From Bacteroidetes bacterium 2013_40CM_41_45 (GTDB taxonomy: Bacteria > Bacteroidota > Bacteroidia > AKYH767-A > 2013-40CM-41-45): a stretch of DNA of 64,000 nt. The notes under the pieces were generated by a model. That model was not told the DNA's origin and did not search any database. It worked only from the letters and a program-made list of their open reading frames with translations. The DNA lies in NCBI GenBank assembly GCA_002215675.1, contig NGFH01000002.1, positions 221,887-285,886 on the forward strand, given 5' to 3'. Of this stretch, positions 30,401 through 40,348 are shown one piece after another. A program made the translations under genes and the position numbers. Position 1 is the first letter of the stretch. Each line of letters begins with the position of its first letter.

Positions 30401-33400
30401 ATGGTACACTCAAAAACCCCGACAAGCGCTGGGGAGGCATCATGCGCAAAATAGAACCTACCGACTTTGAAGCATCTAACATAGAGTTTATTGAGTTCTG
30501 GCTGATGGACCCGTTTAATTCTGATTACGGCCCGGGAACCAATACACCGGGAGGCGATTTGTATTTCAACCTTGGAAATATTTCCGAGGATATTCTTAAA
30601 GACGGAAGAAAGAGTTTCGAGAACGGATTACCTGCCGTTACCAATAATAACACTACCGACTCGACCGTGTGGGGGGTAGTCCCGGTTATCCAATCTATTG
30701 TCCAGGCATTTGATAACAGCGAAGCAGCAAGAAAACAGCAGGATGTGGGGTTGGATGGGTTATCTGATGCTAATGAACAAAGCTACTTTGGCCCGGTTGT
30801 AAATGCTGCTCAGGGTGTTTTAAATGCATCTGCATATGATGCATACAGAGCAGACCCATCGTCTGATGATTACAATTATTTCCGCTCCACCGCATATGAC
30901 CAAGCAAAATTAAAACCGCTGGAGCGTTATAAAAGATATAACGGTATGGAAGGCAATTCTCCAACACCTCAGGATTATCCTGACGGCTATCCTACCGTGG
31001 CTACAAACATTCCCGATGCGGAAGACATTAACCGCGACAATACGCTGAGCAAGGAAGAAAATTATTACCAGTATAAAATTGAAATAAAACCCGGCAGTAT
31101 GGTAGTGGGGCAGAATTTTATTACGGATATGATTGAAACACCTGTTTCAAATAAGACGGCTATTAAATGGTATCATTTTAAAGTTCCTCTCAAGAGCCCG
31201 GAATCCACATTCGGCAACATTGAAGATTTTAAGTCCATACGCTTTGCACGGATGTACCTGAGGGATTTTTCCGACTCCATCCTTCTGCGATTTGCCCGCC
31301 TGGATTTGGTAAGAAGCGAATGGAGAAAGTACGAGAATTCTCTTCTTGCTCCCGGTGAATCGGTAAACCCCAATACAGGAACAATGTTTGATGTTTCAAC
31401 CGTAAACATCGAAGAAAATGGGCAGCGTTCGCCCGTAAACTATGTTCTCCCTCCCGGAATAGCACGGGAAACCGACATCAGCACCACTAACCTTGCGCAG
31501 CTCAATGAACAATCACTCTCGCTCAAAGTGTGCGACCTTGAGGACGGAGATGCACGTGCTACATACAAGACCACACAGTTTGATGTACGTACCTATAAGC
31601 GTATTAAGATGTACATACATGCTGAGTCGCTCATTGGAAGCGTCCCCTTGCAGGATGGAGAACTCTCAGCTTTTATCCGCCTGGGTAGCGACTTCACCGG
31701 AAACTTTTACGAGTACGAAGTGCCTCTTTATGTTACAGCACCCGGCGCCACATCGCCCGATGCAATCTGGCCGTCGGGAAATTTAATAGACCTTGAAACC
31801 AGCAAGCTGATTAATGCCAAGCTGCAGCGCAATTCCATTAGCTGGAGCAGGACGGCGCCCTTTATTCTTTCTGACGGAAGAAATAAAATAACGGTGATGG
31901 GTAACCCCAACCTGAGCGGCATACGTGTAATTATGATTGGTGTGAGAAACATAAAAGACGGAGGGCTCTCCAAGTGCGGTGAAGTCTGGGTAGATGAGTT
32001 GCGGGTAACTGACTTTGACGAAAGCGGGGGCTGGGCGGCCAACATGCGCATCAATGCACAGCTTGCCGATTTTGGAACGGTGGCGGTGGTTGGAAACCGA
32101 AGTACCATTGGATGGGGTTCCATTGAACAGAAAGTAGGAGAGAGGAAAAAAGAGGACAATATATCATACGACATTTCCACAAGCCTGGAACTCGGGAAAT
32201 TTTTCCCGGAAAAAATCGGCCTGAAAATTCCAATGTATTTTGGTTATGCCGAGTCATTTACTAATCCGCAGTATAATCCGCTGGACCCCGATGTGCTTTT
32301 CAACAATGCTCTCGATGCGGCACCTAATCCTGAATACCGAGACTCTATTAAAAGGGCGGTGCAGGATTATACGCAGCGAAAGAGTGTGAACTTTACCAAT
32401 GTGCGAAAAATTAAAGGCGCTGGAAAGTCTGCAAGCCGGGTGTATGATATAGAGAATTTTAATTTCACGTATTCATACAATGAAATATACAACCGCAACA
32501 TTACCACGCAATATAAAACAGCCAAAACATACCGGGGAGCTGTGGGATACAATTTCTCAACTAAAGTAAGTTCCTTCAGCCCTTTTGGTAAGATGGCAGG
32601 TAAGTCGCCCTATCTGAAGCTCATTAAAGATTTTAATATCAATTATGTTCCGCTGACCAATTTTTCATTCCGCACAGATGTGGACAGGGCATATGCGGAA
32701 ACACAGCTTCGCAATAACAATGTGGGATTGGTGTATACCCAACCGCCGACTTTCGATAAATCGTTTACCATGAACCGGCTCTATGATGTGAAGCTTGATT
32801 TAACGCGCTCCATTAAAATTGACTTCAGCGCCACAGCCAACGCACGCATTGACGAACCGCCCGGCAAGATTGATGACACAGAGATTCGACCCGGATTTAC
32901 AAAGAGAGATTCGGTACGGCAAAATTTCTGGAACCTGGGACGGCTTACCCAATACAGGCATTCGGCCAGTGCAGATTATACGGTGCCGTTTTCCAAGTTC
33001 CCGCTTACCGACTGGGTTACCCTTCCCTTAAAATACACTGCTGACTATAACTGGACTTCGGCCCCACTGCAGTACGATTCAACAACGACAGGCTACAAGC
33101 CCAATTCGCTGGCAAATACAATTTCAAATTCTCAAACCATACAGGTAAGCCCCAATGTGAATTTTGTAACGCTTTATAATAAGGTTCCGTTCCTGAAAAA
33201 GGTCAATCAGCCCTCAGCTCCACCCATCAAACAACCCAAACCGGCTGTACCTAAAAATCCGAACGATACTACCAAGGCAAAAATCCCTGCCCCGAAAGTT
33301 CCCAAGCCCAAAACCATTTCTCCGGTTGTAAAAGGATTTTTCAGAACGCTGATGAGTATACGCACAGCCAGTGTTACTTACAGCGAGACCAATGGAACAC

Positions 33401-34647
33401 TTTTACCCGGATTTAAACCCGAACCCGAATACCTGGGACAGAACTGGGGAAATCCCAATGCACCCGGAACAGGTTTTATTTTCGGAAGCCAGGCGGATAT
33501 TCGTCCCCGAGCTATTGCAAATAACTGGATAACTACCGATACCACGCTCAACAACGCTTATGTTACCACGCAACTTAAAAATCTCTCGGGCCGGATGACC
33601 GTGGAGCCGTTCAGGAATTTTAAAATCGAGCTGAATGCTACAAGAAATTATTCGCTCAATCATCAGGAATATTTCCGCTCCGATGGGGCAGGAGGGTTCC
33701 ATTCATTCAGTCCGACTGAAAGCGGCAACTATACGGTCTCGTGGCTCAGCTACAGAACATCTTTTGTAAAAGATGCAACTGATTATTCCAATGCAACCTT
33801 TACCCAGTTCGACCGCAACCGTACCGTTTTTTCACAGCGTCTTGGCGGCGGCGGCAACGGTTATGGCTTGACTCAACAGGATGTACTGACCTATTCGTTC
33901 CTTGCTGCATATACCGGTAGCGATGCGTCAACATTTAAGATGGACCAGTTTCCGAAAATCCCTAAACCCAACTGGAGAATAACCTATGACGGGCTGGGCA
34001 AATTAAAATGGGCGCAGCAATATGTAACGCAGGTTAACCTGAATCATTCTTACAAATCCACCTACAGTGTAAACTCATTTATTCAGAACCTTCCCTGGGT
34101 AGATTCTGAAGGGCAGGCAACCGATGTAAACGGAAACCTGATTCCGCGGTATGACATACAACAGCTTACCATTACCGAACAATGGGGGCCGCTGATTGGT
34201 ATTGACATAACATGGAAAAACAGTTTGCAAACTCGTGCGGAGGTAAAACGCGACCGCACCGTTTCGTTAAGCTATTCCAACATACAGGTAACGGAAGTGC
34301 GCGGCAACGAATATGTAATCGGGGCAGGATACAGGATTAAAAACTTTAAACTGCCGTTCGGGCTGGGGGCAAAAAATAAATCGAAGAAAAACGACCTGAA
34401 CCTGAAAGCCGATTTCAGCTACAGAAATAATTACACCATTATCCGCCAGTTGATTCAGCATATTAACCAGCCATCACAGGGCAACAAAACACTGTCTATT
34501 AAAACATCGGCAGACTATGTGCTGAATGAACGGCTGAATGTTCGGCTGTTCTACGACCAAACCATTAACCAGCCGTTTGTATCATCTTCTTTCCCCACAT
34601 CAAATACAAATATTGGTTTAAGTTTGCGCTTTACAATAGCACAATAA
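27496..34647 (+). CDS. sprA: T9SS translocon / gliding motility protein SprA
   Basis: 2383 aa giant beta-barrel protein; conserved position between ruvA and gcvH. Confidence 0.9.
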   Translation: MLRTAVKYFTIISLVLFLLNWGWAAVNKGITSASKYKEIFGHNFSVRLDSDTTSLPYPFTDRYGDKYGPTQTQRDLFLHDPSNVKETIEYDPKEGVYNIEERMGNLFYRNPSYLTFDEFVENEFRSSTKKYWRNRSEEGGTANKKGLIPKIFVKSQVFDRIFGGNTIDIRPQGSAELTFGVNISRNDNPALPEKQRKITTFDFKEKIQMNVIGNIGDKMKLQTNYNTEATFDFENKMKLEYTGYEDEIIKKIEAGNVSLPLRGTLITGSQSLFGLKTELQFGRMTVTSIFSQQKGKTQSVDVQGGAQTSFFEIKGDQYEANRHYFLAQYFRNLYDHALSNLPIVQSGINITRIEVWVTNRTSVVENTRDIVAFMDLGESNFDTSAQLITSSIPNSPPFDSSNSLYTNIANNISGGLSALRNLNQSPALTGLNHLSNTFNFTDPKNVVTVNFARKLNPNEFTLNSRLGYISLNQALNADEVLAVAFEYTLNGHTYHVGDFSTGGINAPQALFVKMLKSTNVSTNLFTWDLMMKNIYSLGTYNLSNQDFRLDVLFLDDNIGSYINYIPEGCASAKGVPLLTLFNMDRLNSNNDQQPDGVFDFVDGVTVNRANGRIIFPVLEPFGDYLKGKFCNDTILASRYCYFALYDSTKSKAQQQPEKNKFLLKGSYQGSSGSEIPLNAVNIPEGSVKVTAGGVPLTENVDYTVDYTLGRVKIINAGLLSSNAPIHVSLESNALFSIQTKTLLGSRFDYTFNKDFAVGGTIMRLSERPLTNKITIGDEPIANTIWGVDGTYRTSSRLLTKLVDRIPFINTKEESNITFNGEFADLIPGHSKAVGSTGTSYIDDFEGSKTPIDIKSPSSWILSSTPQGQFPEADYIDSLPYGFNRAKLAWYYIDPLFQKRINGVTPDAQYLTDDDMRNHFVREIPEQEIFPNKAVRNNQPTTLTCLNLAFYPKERGPYNYDMSSTSINPDGTLKNPDKRWGGIMRKIEPTDFEASNIEFIEFWLMDPFNSDYGPGTNTPGGDLYFNLGNISEDILKDGRKSFENGLPAVTNNNTTDSTVWGVVPVIQSIVQAFDNSEAARKQQDVGLDGLSDANEQSYFGPVVNAAQGVLNASAYDAYRADPSSDDYNYFRSTAYDQAKLKPLERYKRYNGMEGNSPTPQDYPDGYPTVATNIPDAEDINRDNTLSKEENYYQYKIEIKPGSMVVGQNFITDMIETPVSNKTAIKWYHFKVPLKSPESTFGNIEDFKSIRFARMYLRDFSDSILLRFARLDLVRSEWRKYENSLLAPGESVNPNTGTMFDVSTVNIEENGQRSPVNYVLPPGIARETDISTTNLAQLNEQSLSLKVCDLEDGDARATYKTTQFDVRTYKRIKMYIHAESLIGSVPLQDGELSAFIRLGSDFTGNFYEYEVPLYVTAPGATSPDAIWPSGNLIDLETSKLINAKLQRNSISWSRTAPFILSDGRNKITVMGNPNLSGIRVIMIGVRNIKDGGLSKCGEVWVDELRVTDFDESGGWAANMRINAQLADFGTVAVVGNRSTIGWGSIEQKVGERKKEDNISYDISTSLELGKFFPEKIGLKIPMYFGYAESFTNPQYNPLDPDVLFNNALDAAPNPEYRDSIKRAVQDYTQRKSVNFTNVRKIKGAGKSASRVYDIENFNFTYSYNEIYNRNITTQYKTAKTYRGAVGYNFSTKVSSFSPFGKMAGKSPYLKLIKDFNINYVPLTNFSFRTDVDRAYAETQLRNNNVGLVYTQPPTFDKSFTMNRLYDVKLDLTRSIKIDFSATANARIDEPPGKIDDTEIRPGFTKRDSVRQNFWNLGRLTQYRHSASADYTVPFSKFPLTDWVTLPLKYTADYNWTSAPLQYDSTTTGYKPNSLANTISNSQTIQVSPNVNFVTLYNKVPFLKKVNQPSAPPIKQPKPAVPKNPNDTTKAKIPAPKVPKPKTISPVVKGFFRTLMSIRTASVTYSETNGTLLPGFKPEPEYLGQNWGNPNAPGTGFIFGSQADIRPRAIANNWITTDTTLNNAYVTTQLKNLSGRMTVEPFRNFKIELNATRNYSLNHQEYFRSDGAGGFHSFSPTESGNYTVSWLSYRTSFVKDATDYSNATFTQFDRNRTVFSQRLGGGGNGYGLTQQDVLTYSFLAAYTGSDASTFKMDQFPKIPKPNWRITYDGLGKLKWAQQYVTQVNLNHSYKSTYSVNSFIQNLPWVDSEGQATDVNGNLIPRYDIQQLTITEQWGPLIGIDITWKNSLQTRAEVKRDRTVSLSYSNIQVTEVRGNEYVIGAGYRIKNFKLPFGLGAKNKSKKNDLNLKADFSYRNNYTIIRQLIQHINQPSQGNKTLSIKTSADYVLNERLNVRLFYDQTINQPFVSSSFPTSNTNIGLSLRFTIAQ

Positions 34648-34675
34648 CTTTAACCCAAAACCATTAAATTTCTTT

Positions 34676-35056
34676 ATGAATTTTCCCGATAATCTTCGTT
34701 ATACCAAAGACCACGAATGGATTAGAACCGAAGGCAAAGAAGCCGTTGTGGGCATCACCGATTTCGCACAGGGCGAGCTGGGTGATATTGTTTTTGTAGA
34801 CCTTAACACTCCTGGAAAACCGCTTGCTGCCGGAGATGTATTCGGTACTATTGAAGCAGTGAAAACCGTATCGGACATGTTTATGCCGGTGAGCGGAAAA
34901 GTGATTGCGGTTAATTCAGCGCTGAAAGATAATGCCGCAGTTGTAAACAGCGACCCTTATGGTGATGGCTGGATGGTTCGCATTGAAATCACCAATGCGG
35001 CTGAATCAGATTCTTTGCTTTCAGCGGCAGACTATAAGAAGCTAATAGGAGCATAA
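34676..35056 (+). CDS. gcvH: glycine cleavage system H protein
   Basis: 126 aa; lipoyl-lysine motif EAVKTVSD. Confidence 0.9.
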   Translation: MNFPDNLRYTKDHEWIRTEGKEAVVGITDFAQGELGDIVFVDLNTPGKPLAAGDVFGTIEAVKTVSDMFMPVSGKVIAVNSALKDNAAVVNSDPYGDGWMVRIEITNAAESDSLLSAADYKKLIGA

Positions 35057-35071
35057 AGGTGCTATGCTAAT

Positions 35072-35146
35072 AGTTATACGTTATTGGTTATGAGTTATAC
35101 GAAAAAAAAATTATGTGCAAAATCGTATAACGTATAACATATAACG
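35072..35146. repeat. cluster of TTATACG heptamers in inverted orientation around an A9 tract
   Basis: ttatacg at 35074 and 35095; cgtataa x2 + catataa at 35124-35144; stem gttatacg/cgtataac. Confidence 0.6.
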
Positions 35147-35155
35147 GTTTCCGAC

Positions 35156-35530
35156 ATGTTTTTTAAAAACACATATCCTGCCTTTCTGTGGGCTGCGTTT
35201 ATATTGGTGCTCACACTTTCTCCCGCTCCTGATTTTCCGAAAGCTACGTGGATAAATGCGTATCATGTGGACAAACTCATTCACGCTGTCCTGTTTGGAA
35301 TACTTTATTTTCTGCTGATACGAGGTTTCGTAAGACAGCAACAGTTGCATGCAGTCCTATGGTCAATCATCATCGTTATTCTTTACGGGGCGGTAACTGA
35401 AATTTTACAAAGTATCGTATCGACGGGCAGAAGCGGTGAATTTACAGACTGGCTTGCCGACTGTGTGGGAACCGGGCTTGCATTTATTGCCTATGAGTTT
35501 CGGTGGAAAATAAAAAAAAATTCCGCCTGA
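35156..35530 (+). CDS. VanZ-like family membrane protein
   Basis: 124 aa, 4 TM, ..VDKLIHAVLFGIL..AVTEILQS.. pattern. Confidence 0.65.
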   Translation: MFFKNTYPAFLWAAFILVLTLSPAPDFPKATWINAYHVDKLIHAVLFGILYFLLIRGFVRQQQLHAVLWSIIIVILYGAVTEILQSIVSTGRSGEFTDWLADCVGTGLAFIAYEFRWKIKKNSA

Positions 35531-35555
35531 AGATTTATATCTTTATTGAATCAAT

Positions 35556-36134
35556 ATGAGCGAAGCAGGCATGAAAAAAAAAGTTGTGTTGGCAATTACC
35601 GGTGCAAGCGGAACGCTGTATGCTTTTCTTCTTCTTAAAAAACTGGAAGCACTCAAAGAGCAAATCGAAGATGTGGGTGTTGTAATGTCAGACAATGCTT
35701 TAACGGTTTGGAAGCATGAGCTTCCCGGAGAAACTCCTGATAAATTTTCGTTCCGTTTTTACAAGCCAACAGATTTCAATGCGCCGTTTGCTTCAGGTTC
35801 TTCGCGTTTCAACACTATGATTGTCTGTCCATGCTCTATGGGAACACTGGGAAGAATCGCTTCCGGAATTTCAGGCGACCTGGTTTCCCGCGCAGCCGAT
35901 GTAATGTTGAAGGAAAGAAGAAAGCTTATCCTGGTTACGCGCGATACACCCCTCAGCTTAATTCATATTAACAATATGAAAACAATTACCGAGGCAGGAG
36001 GAATCATCTGCCCGGCATCGCCTTCCTTCTACAGCCGCCCGGCTGACATCAATGCGCTGGCGCAAACGGTGATTGACCGGGTAATAGACCTTGCAGGGTT
36101 TTCCAATGAATCGTTCCGATGGAATGAGAAATAA
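35556..36134 (+). CDS. ubiX: flavin prenyltransferase UbiX
   Basis: KKVVLAITGASG flavoprotein motif, 192 aa (alternative ATG at 35571). Confidence 0.85.
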   Translation: MSEAGMKKKVVLAITGASGTLYAFLLLKKLEALKEQIEDVGVVMSDNALTVWKHELPGETPDKFSFRFYKPTDFNAPFASGSSRFNTMIVCPCSMGTLGRIASGISGDLVSRAADVMLKERRKLILVTRDTPLSLIHINNMKTITEAGGIICPASPSFYSRPADINALAQTVIDRVIDLAGFSNESFRWNEK

Positions 36135-36273
36135 ATACGGCTTAAGCGCTTAATAAAAATTTTTATAAAAAGCAACAAAATTTATCCACAGATGCCGGTA
36201 AGTTTTTTAGCAAATATTTCTTGCGGAGTTTCGTTAACTATGTTATTTTAGTGCCTCCCAAAAAAATCTGACA

Positions 36274-36462
36274 ATGCTCGAATACACGAAAAAAATTCTC
36301 ACGAAGGTCAGTTTTGACAGAAGCCTTTTCCGCAAAGAACTTTCTAAAGCCGTACGATGGCTGGGAAAAGACGAGTTAAGAATGCTTAAGGTCTGGTGCA
36401 TTACAACGTTCGGCAGTTATTACCGCGATGTGATTCTGGACGTATTCAAGAAGTTTCACTGA
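36274..36462 (+). CDS. hypothetical small protein
   Basis: 62-aa ATG-initiated ORF, no motif. Confidence 0.2.
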   Translation: MLEYTKKILTKVSFDRSLFRKELSKAVRWLGKDELRMLKVWCITTFGSYYRDVILDVFKKFH

Positions 36463-36463
36463 G

Positions 36464-37423
36464 TTAAGTTCCTGTTGAAGTTTCCGTATCAGGTTGCCTT
36501 TTTATAAAGTTTAGATTCCTTGTGAATCCTACGTAGCCGGCACGTTTCATTGCCGATTTGCCGAATACTTTTTTAAAAACTTCTTCTGTAATTTCCTGCC
36601 AGTCCGATTTTTTTATCTGCTTCATTTCAGGCGAAGGTTCGAAACTATTTTCAACATGCGGCTTGGCGAAACGGTTCCACGGGCATACTTCCTGGCATAC
36701 GTCACACCCGAAAACCCAGTCATCAAATTTATCTTTCATAGATGGAGGAATGGGAAAATTTTCTTTCAGCTCTATGGTGAAGTATGAAATGCAGCGGCTG
36801 CCGTCCACAACATTTGGTTTAATGATGGCACCGGTTGGACAAGCATCTATACAGCGCGTACAGGTGCCGCAGTAATCTGCTACAGGTTGGTCGTATTCAA
36901 GTTCAAGGTCCAGGATGATTTCGGCAATAAAAAAATACGAACCGCTTTGCTTATTGATGAGATTAGAATTTTTTCCTATCCATCCCAGTCCGCTTTTTGC
37001 CGCCCATGCTTTTTCAAGAACGGGCGCTGAATCCACAAAACATCTTCCATTTACTTCTCCGATTTTTTCCTCAATCTCCTGCAGCAATAATTTTAGTTTG
37101 TCTTTTATCACCATGTGATAATCTTTACCGTAAGCGTACCGGGAAATTTTTGGAGCAGTTTGGCTCAACGCACTTTCGCGCGGATAATAATTTACCAGCA
37201 GAGACACTACACTTTTTGCACCGGGCACCAGCTTGCGAGGATCCAGCCGCAGGTCAAACCATTTTTCCATGTAGTGCATTTTGCCGTGCATGTTTCCGGC
37301 AAGCCATTGCTCAAGGCGGGGCGCTTCCTGCTCAAGAAAATCTGCACGGGCAATGCCGCAATAGTCAAATCCCAGGCGCTGCGATGCTTCTTTTATGATT
37401 CGGGTATGTGCGGATGGGGACAT
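36464..37423 (-). CDS. queG: epoxyqueuosine reductase
   Basis: 319 aa; two 4Fe-4S ferredoxin Cys clusters ([21 protein letters not shown]), HEAT-like C-term. Confidence 0.85.
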   Translation of the reverse strand: MSPSAHTRIIKEASQRLGFDYCGIARADFLEQEAPRLEQWLAGNMHGKMHYMEKWFDLRLDPRKLVPGAKSVVSLLVNYYPRESALSQTAPKISRYAYGKDYHMVIKDKLKLLLQEIEEKIGEVNGRCFVDSAPVLEKAWAAKSGLGWIGKNSNLINKQSGSYFFIAEIILDLELEYDQPVADYCGTCTRCIDACPTGAIIKPNVVDGSRCISYFTIELKENFPIPPSMKDKFDDWVFGCDVCQEVCPWNRFAKPHVENSFEPSPEMKQIKKSDWQEITEEVFKKVFGKSAMKRAGYVGFTRNLNFIKRQPDTETSTGT

Positions 37424-37509
37424 TGCATAAAAGTACTGGGAATACTTTTCACTCCAGCAAAAAACCCACCGGTGATTACCGGTGGGTTTTTCTATTCAGG
37501 ATAAAAATC

Positions 37510-38991
37510 TTAGTTGGTTTTTATAGGAGCCGTTTTGCCGCCACCTTTACGTTTGGTGCCTAAGCCAACCGGGCTGCCAAGACGAACCATAGCGCAGCGG
37601 AAACCGATATAATCGGTAGCATGTTTTTCATCAAGGTATCTGCGCGAGCCGGGAGACATCCAGTAAGCGCGGTCTTTCCATGAGCCGCCTTTGTAAACGC
37701 GGGCATGGTCATCAATCATGGTGTTGGCTCCGAATTCGTACTTGATGTAGTCGGGCTCATCACCGTCAAGATAGCTGATGTTGTCGGCACGGTTGTAGTT
37801 TCTGCGTTCAGCGGATTCTTCTTCTGTTACAGGACGCGTAGTTATTCTTCCCAAGCTGTCTTTTTCAGCAACGTTTCCTTCTTCGTCACGCACCTGTGTT
37901 TGGAAAACATTACCGCGGTATGGGTTAAAATCGGTCTCGTCTTCAGGTGTTAGCGGACGGAAAACGTCTGATACCCATTCGGCAACATTGCCACCCATGT
38001 TATATAATCCAAAGTCGTTGGGCCAGTATGCTTTTACAGGAGCCGGGCGGTCGGCATTATCATTCAGGTATCCGGCAACACCCATGTTATCGCCCTTTCC
38101 TCTTTTAAAGTTTGCCATCATATCACCCATAAATTTTGCATCGGCATTACGAACTACGTGTCCGTTCCACGGATATAATTTTCTTTGTGTTACACGCTCA
38201 AAAACGGTATTGCCAATGTATGCAAGCGCTGCATATTCCCATTCCGCTTCGGTAGGCAGGCGATATTCAGGAAGGAATATTCCGTCTTCAATCCGCGCCT
38301 TTCTTGTTCCCGATGAACCCGAGTTAGGATTCAGGTCTTCAAGCATGGTTTTTACAAGCCCTTCGTACTGACCGGAAAGGTATGCATCGGTATTAAAATT
38401 ATCTTCATTAATCTGGTTAGGATTTACACGCAAAATACCTTCGCGAATCAAAATCTGTTCATTCACACGGTCTGTTCTCCAGGCGCAGAAATCATTTGCC
38501 TGTAACCAGTTTACTCCCACAACAGGATAGTATTGATAGGAAGGATGGCGCAGGTAATATTTTATCATCGGCTCATTGTAAGAAAGCTGGTCGCGCCATA
38601 CGAGCGAATCGGGCAATGCATGCTTGTATACTTCGGGATAATCGGCGCCAAACACACGGCTTAGCCAGTAGAGATATTCCAGGTAGTGAATGTTGGCCAC
38701 TTCAGTTTCGTCCATATAAAATGAACTTACCGTAACCCTTCGCGGAATGTTGTTCCATTCTACTGTCACATCCTGCTCGGTTCTTCCCATAGAGAATGTA
38801 CCACCCTGAATAAGAATCAGTCCGGGGCCGGTTTCTTGTTCTTCGTAGGGAACTACTTCAAACCCTCCGTTCTTCGGGTCGTTATAATTCCAACCGGTGA
38901 TAGACGATTTTTGTCTTCCGCAGGAAGTGATGATGAAAACAACACCGGTTGCGAGCAACGCCAACGTGTGAATTTTCAATCTTCTTTTCAT
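37510..38991 (-). CDS. gldJ: gliding motility/T9SS lipoprotein GldJ-like (SUMF1/FGE-domain)
   Basis: Lipoprotein signal IITSCG, GGTFSMG..FYMDETEV..YLEYL FGE-sulfatase-modifying fold; follows a PorP/SprF gene but is not followed by gldLMN, arguing GldJ rather than GldK. Confidence 0.55.
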   Translation of the reverse strand: MKRRLKIHTLALLATGVVFIITSCGRQKSSITGWNYNDPKNGGFEVVPYEEQETGPGLILIQGGTFSMGRTEQDVTVEWNNIPRRVTVSSFYMDETEVANIHYLEYLYWLSRVFGADYPEVYKHALPDSLVWRDQLSYNEPMIKYYLRHPSYQYYPVVGVNWLQANDFCAWRTDRVNEQILIREGILRVNPNQINEDNFNTDAYLSGQYEGLVKTMLEDLNPNSGSSGTRKARIEDGIFLPEYRLPTEAEWEYAALAYIGNTVFERVTQRKLYPWNGHVVRNADAKFMGDMMANFKRGKGDNMGVAGYLNDNADRPAPVKAYWPNDFGLYNMGGNVAEWVSDVFRPLTPEDETDFNPYRGNVFQTQVRDEEGNVAEKDSLGRITTRPVTEEESAERRNYNRADNISYLDGDEPDYIKYEFGANTMIDDHARVYKGGSWKDRAYWMSPGSRRYLDEKHATDYIGFRCAMVRLGSPVGLGTKRKGGGKTAPIKTN

Positions 38992-39065
38992 GGTATTAAT
39001 TTTTGGTTTTGTAATTTAACGTAAACTTTAAATTTTTATTACATTAAAATGCATGGTTTATTACA

Positions 39066-40025
39066 TTAGAACGCAGGGCATTTAATGGCTCTGAAGCGCT
39101 TTGTTTTTGGGCGGCAGGAAAACTGCAACCCGAGCGAAAATTCGTGAGAGCCGGCAGATGCATTTCTGAGTTTTGAAACCGTGATATCATAGCTGTATCC
39201 GAATTTGAAGATTCCCTGCTGCAATCCGACCAAGGCAATAAACGAATCCTTGTTCCTGTACCATAACCCGCCTACCAGCGGACGCTTGGCAACATACAAA
39301 CCAAAGTTCAGTTGTTGGAAATCTTGCTGAAGCTGGAATAAAACATTGGGAGAAATATAGGTTGCGTCTTCGTCATCATTTCCACCCAGCGGAAGCAACG
39401 CACCGGCATGCACAGTATATTTTCTCGGGAGCGGGCTCTCATCGTACGAGAAAAATTTCTCATCCGGCTGGGTAAGGTGATTCACGGCAATGCCTCCATA
39501 CACTCTTGTAGTGTATGCAAGAATGCCTGCCGAAAAATCCATAAAACTTTTTTGTGTCTCGGGCCTTATTTCTGTGGTCTGGTAAACGAATCCGTAGCGC
39601 GGGTCAATCTGGTCGCCAAAGCGCAGTTTGTCCCAGTCAACTTTTTTCTGAACATACATGGCCTGCATGCCGAACTTAATAGAGAACTCGCGGCTTACAT
39701 TAAGGTGATATGCATACATTAAACTTGCATTCAGAGTAGTGAGTGTTCCTTCTCCCGCCTGGTCGTTCAACAAAAGAATTCCCACGCCACCGGCAATGGG
39801 GTCGAAGAACTGGTCGTAAGATGCTGTGTAGGTTACAAAGTTTCCCGACAAAGCAGGCCACTGGTTACGGTAATTTAAAGACAAGCGCGGACACTTCTGC
39901 GAGCCGGCAAATGCGGGGTTCAGGTACAATGGGTTCGCATAAAATTGTGTGAACTCAGGATCCTGACTGAAAGCATTTGCAGAGAAAAAAAGAATAGCAA
40001 TAAGTGTAACTTTTATTCTGCGCAT
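39066..40025 (-). CDS. T9SS membrane protein PorP/SprF family
   Basis: 319 aa; signal peptide then DPEFTQFYANPLYLNPAFAG signature of PorP/SprF. Confidence 0.8.
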   Translation of the reverse strand: MRRIKVTLIAILFFSANAFSQDPEFTQFYANPLYLNPAFAGSQKCPRLSLNYRNQWPALSGNFVTYTASYDQFFDPIAGGVGILLLNDQAGEGTLTTLNASLMYAYHLNVSREFSIKFGMQAMYVQKKVDWDKLRFGDQIDPRYGFVYQTTEIRPETQKSFMDFSAGILAYTTRVYGGIAVNHLTQPDEKFFSYDESPLPRKYTVHAGALLPLGGNDDEDATYISPNVLFQLQQDFQQLNFGLYVAKRPLVGGLWYRNKDSFIALVGLQQGIFKFGYSYDITVSKLRNASAGSHEFSLGLQFSCRPKTKRFRAIKCPAF

Positions 40026-40310
40026 CTATCTTTATTTAAAAGTTCAAATCTTACGGACAAACGAAGGTATTGTTACGGAATACAAATAAACATAAAAATT
40101 GCCTTACAACTGCAATGAAGCAGGCATGTTTCTTACACCGATTTTTTAAGGTAACAAATTAATTGAGCCAAATTTACGAACTTTATTGATAACCGGAAAT
40201 TTTTAACGCAAGCAGCCCTAAATTATTATAAATGAAGTTATAAGAGAAACAATTATGTATCCAATCATGCAAAATTAAGAGATTGCAAATATTTATAATA
40301 ATTTAAAATG

Positions 40311-40334
40311 TTGTGCGTTAAAGACGTAATTTTG
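40311..40334 (+). promoter_or_regulatory. putative promoter for porU (TTG..TAATTTTG)
   Basis: TAnnTTTG -7 box at 40327-40334, 15 nt upstream of ATG 40349. Confidence 0.3.
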
Positions 40335-40348
40335 AAAATTTTCACCAC

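Noticed and set aside
37510-38991. Calling this gene gldK/porK
   Set aside because: A GldK assignment would predict gldL-gldM-gldN immediately downstream; instead queG follows, so a GldJ-like assignment is preferred, though still uncertain.
39044-39238. 64-aa ORF overlapping the 3' end of porP/sprF
   Set aside because: Overlaps the well-supported PorP/SprF gene in another frame; no motif.
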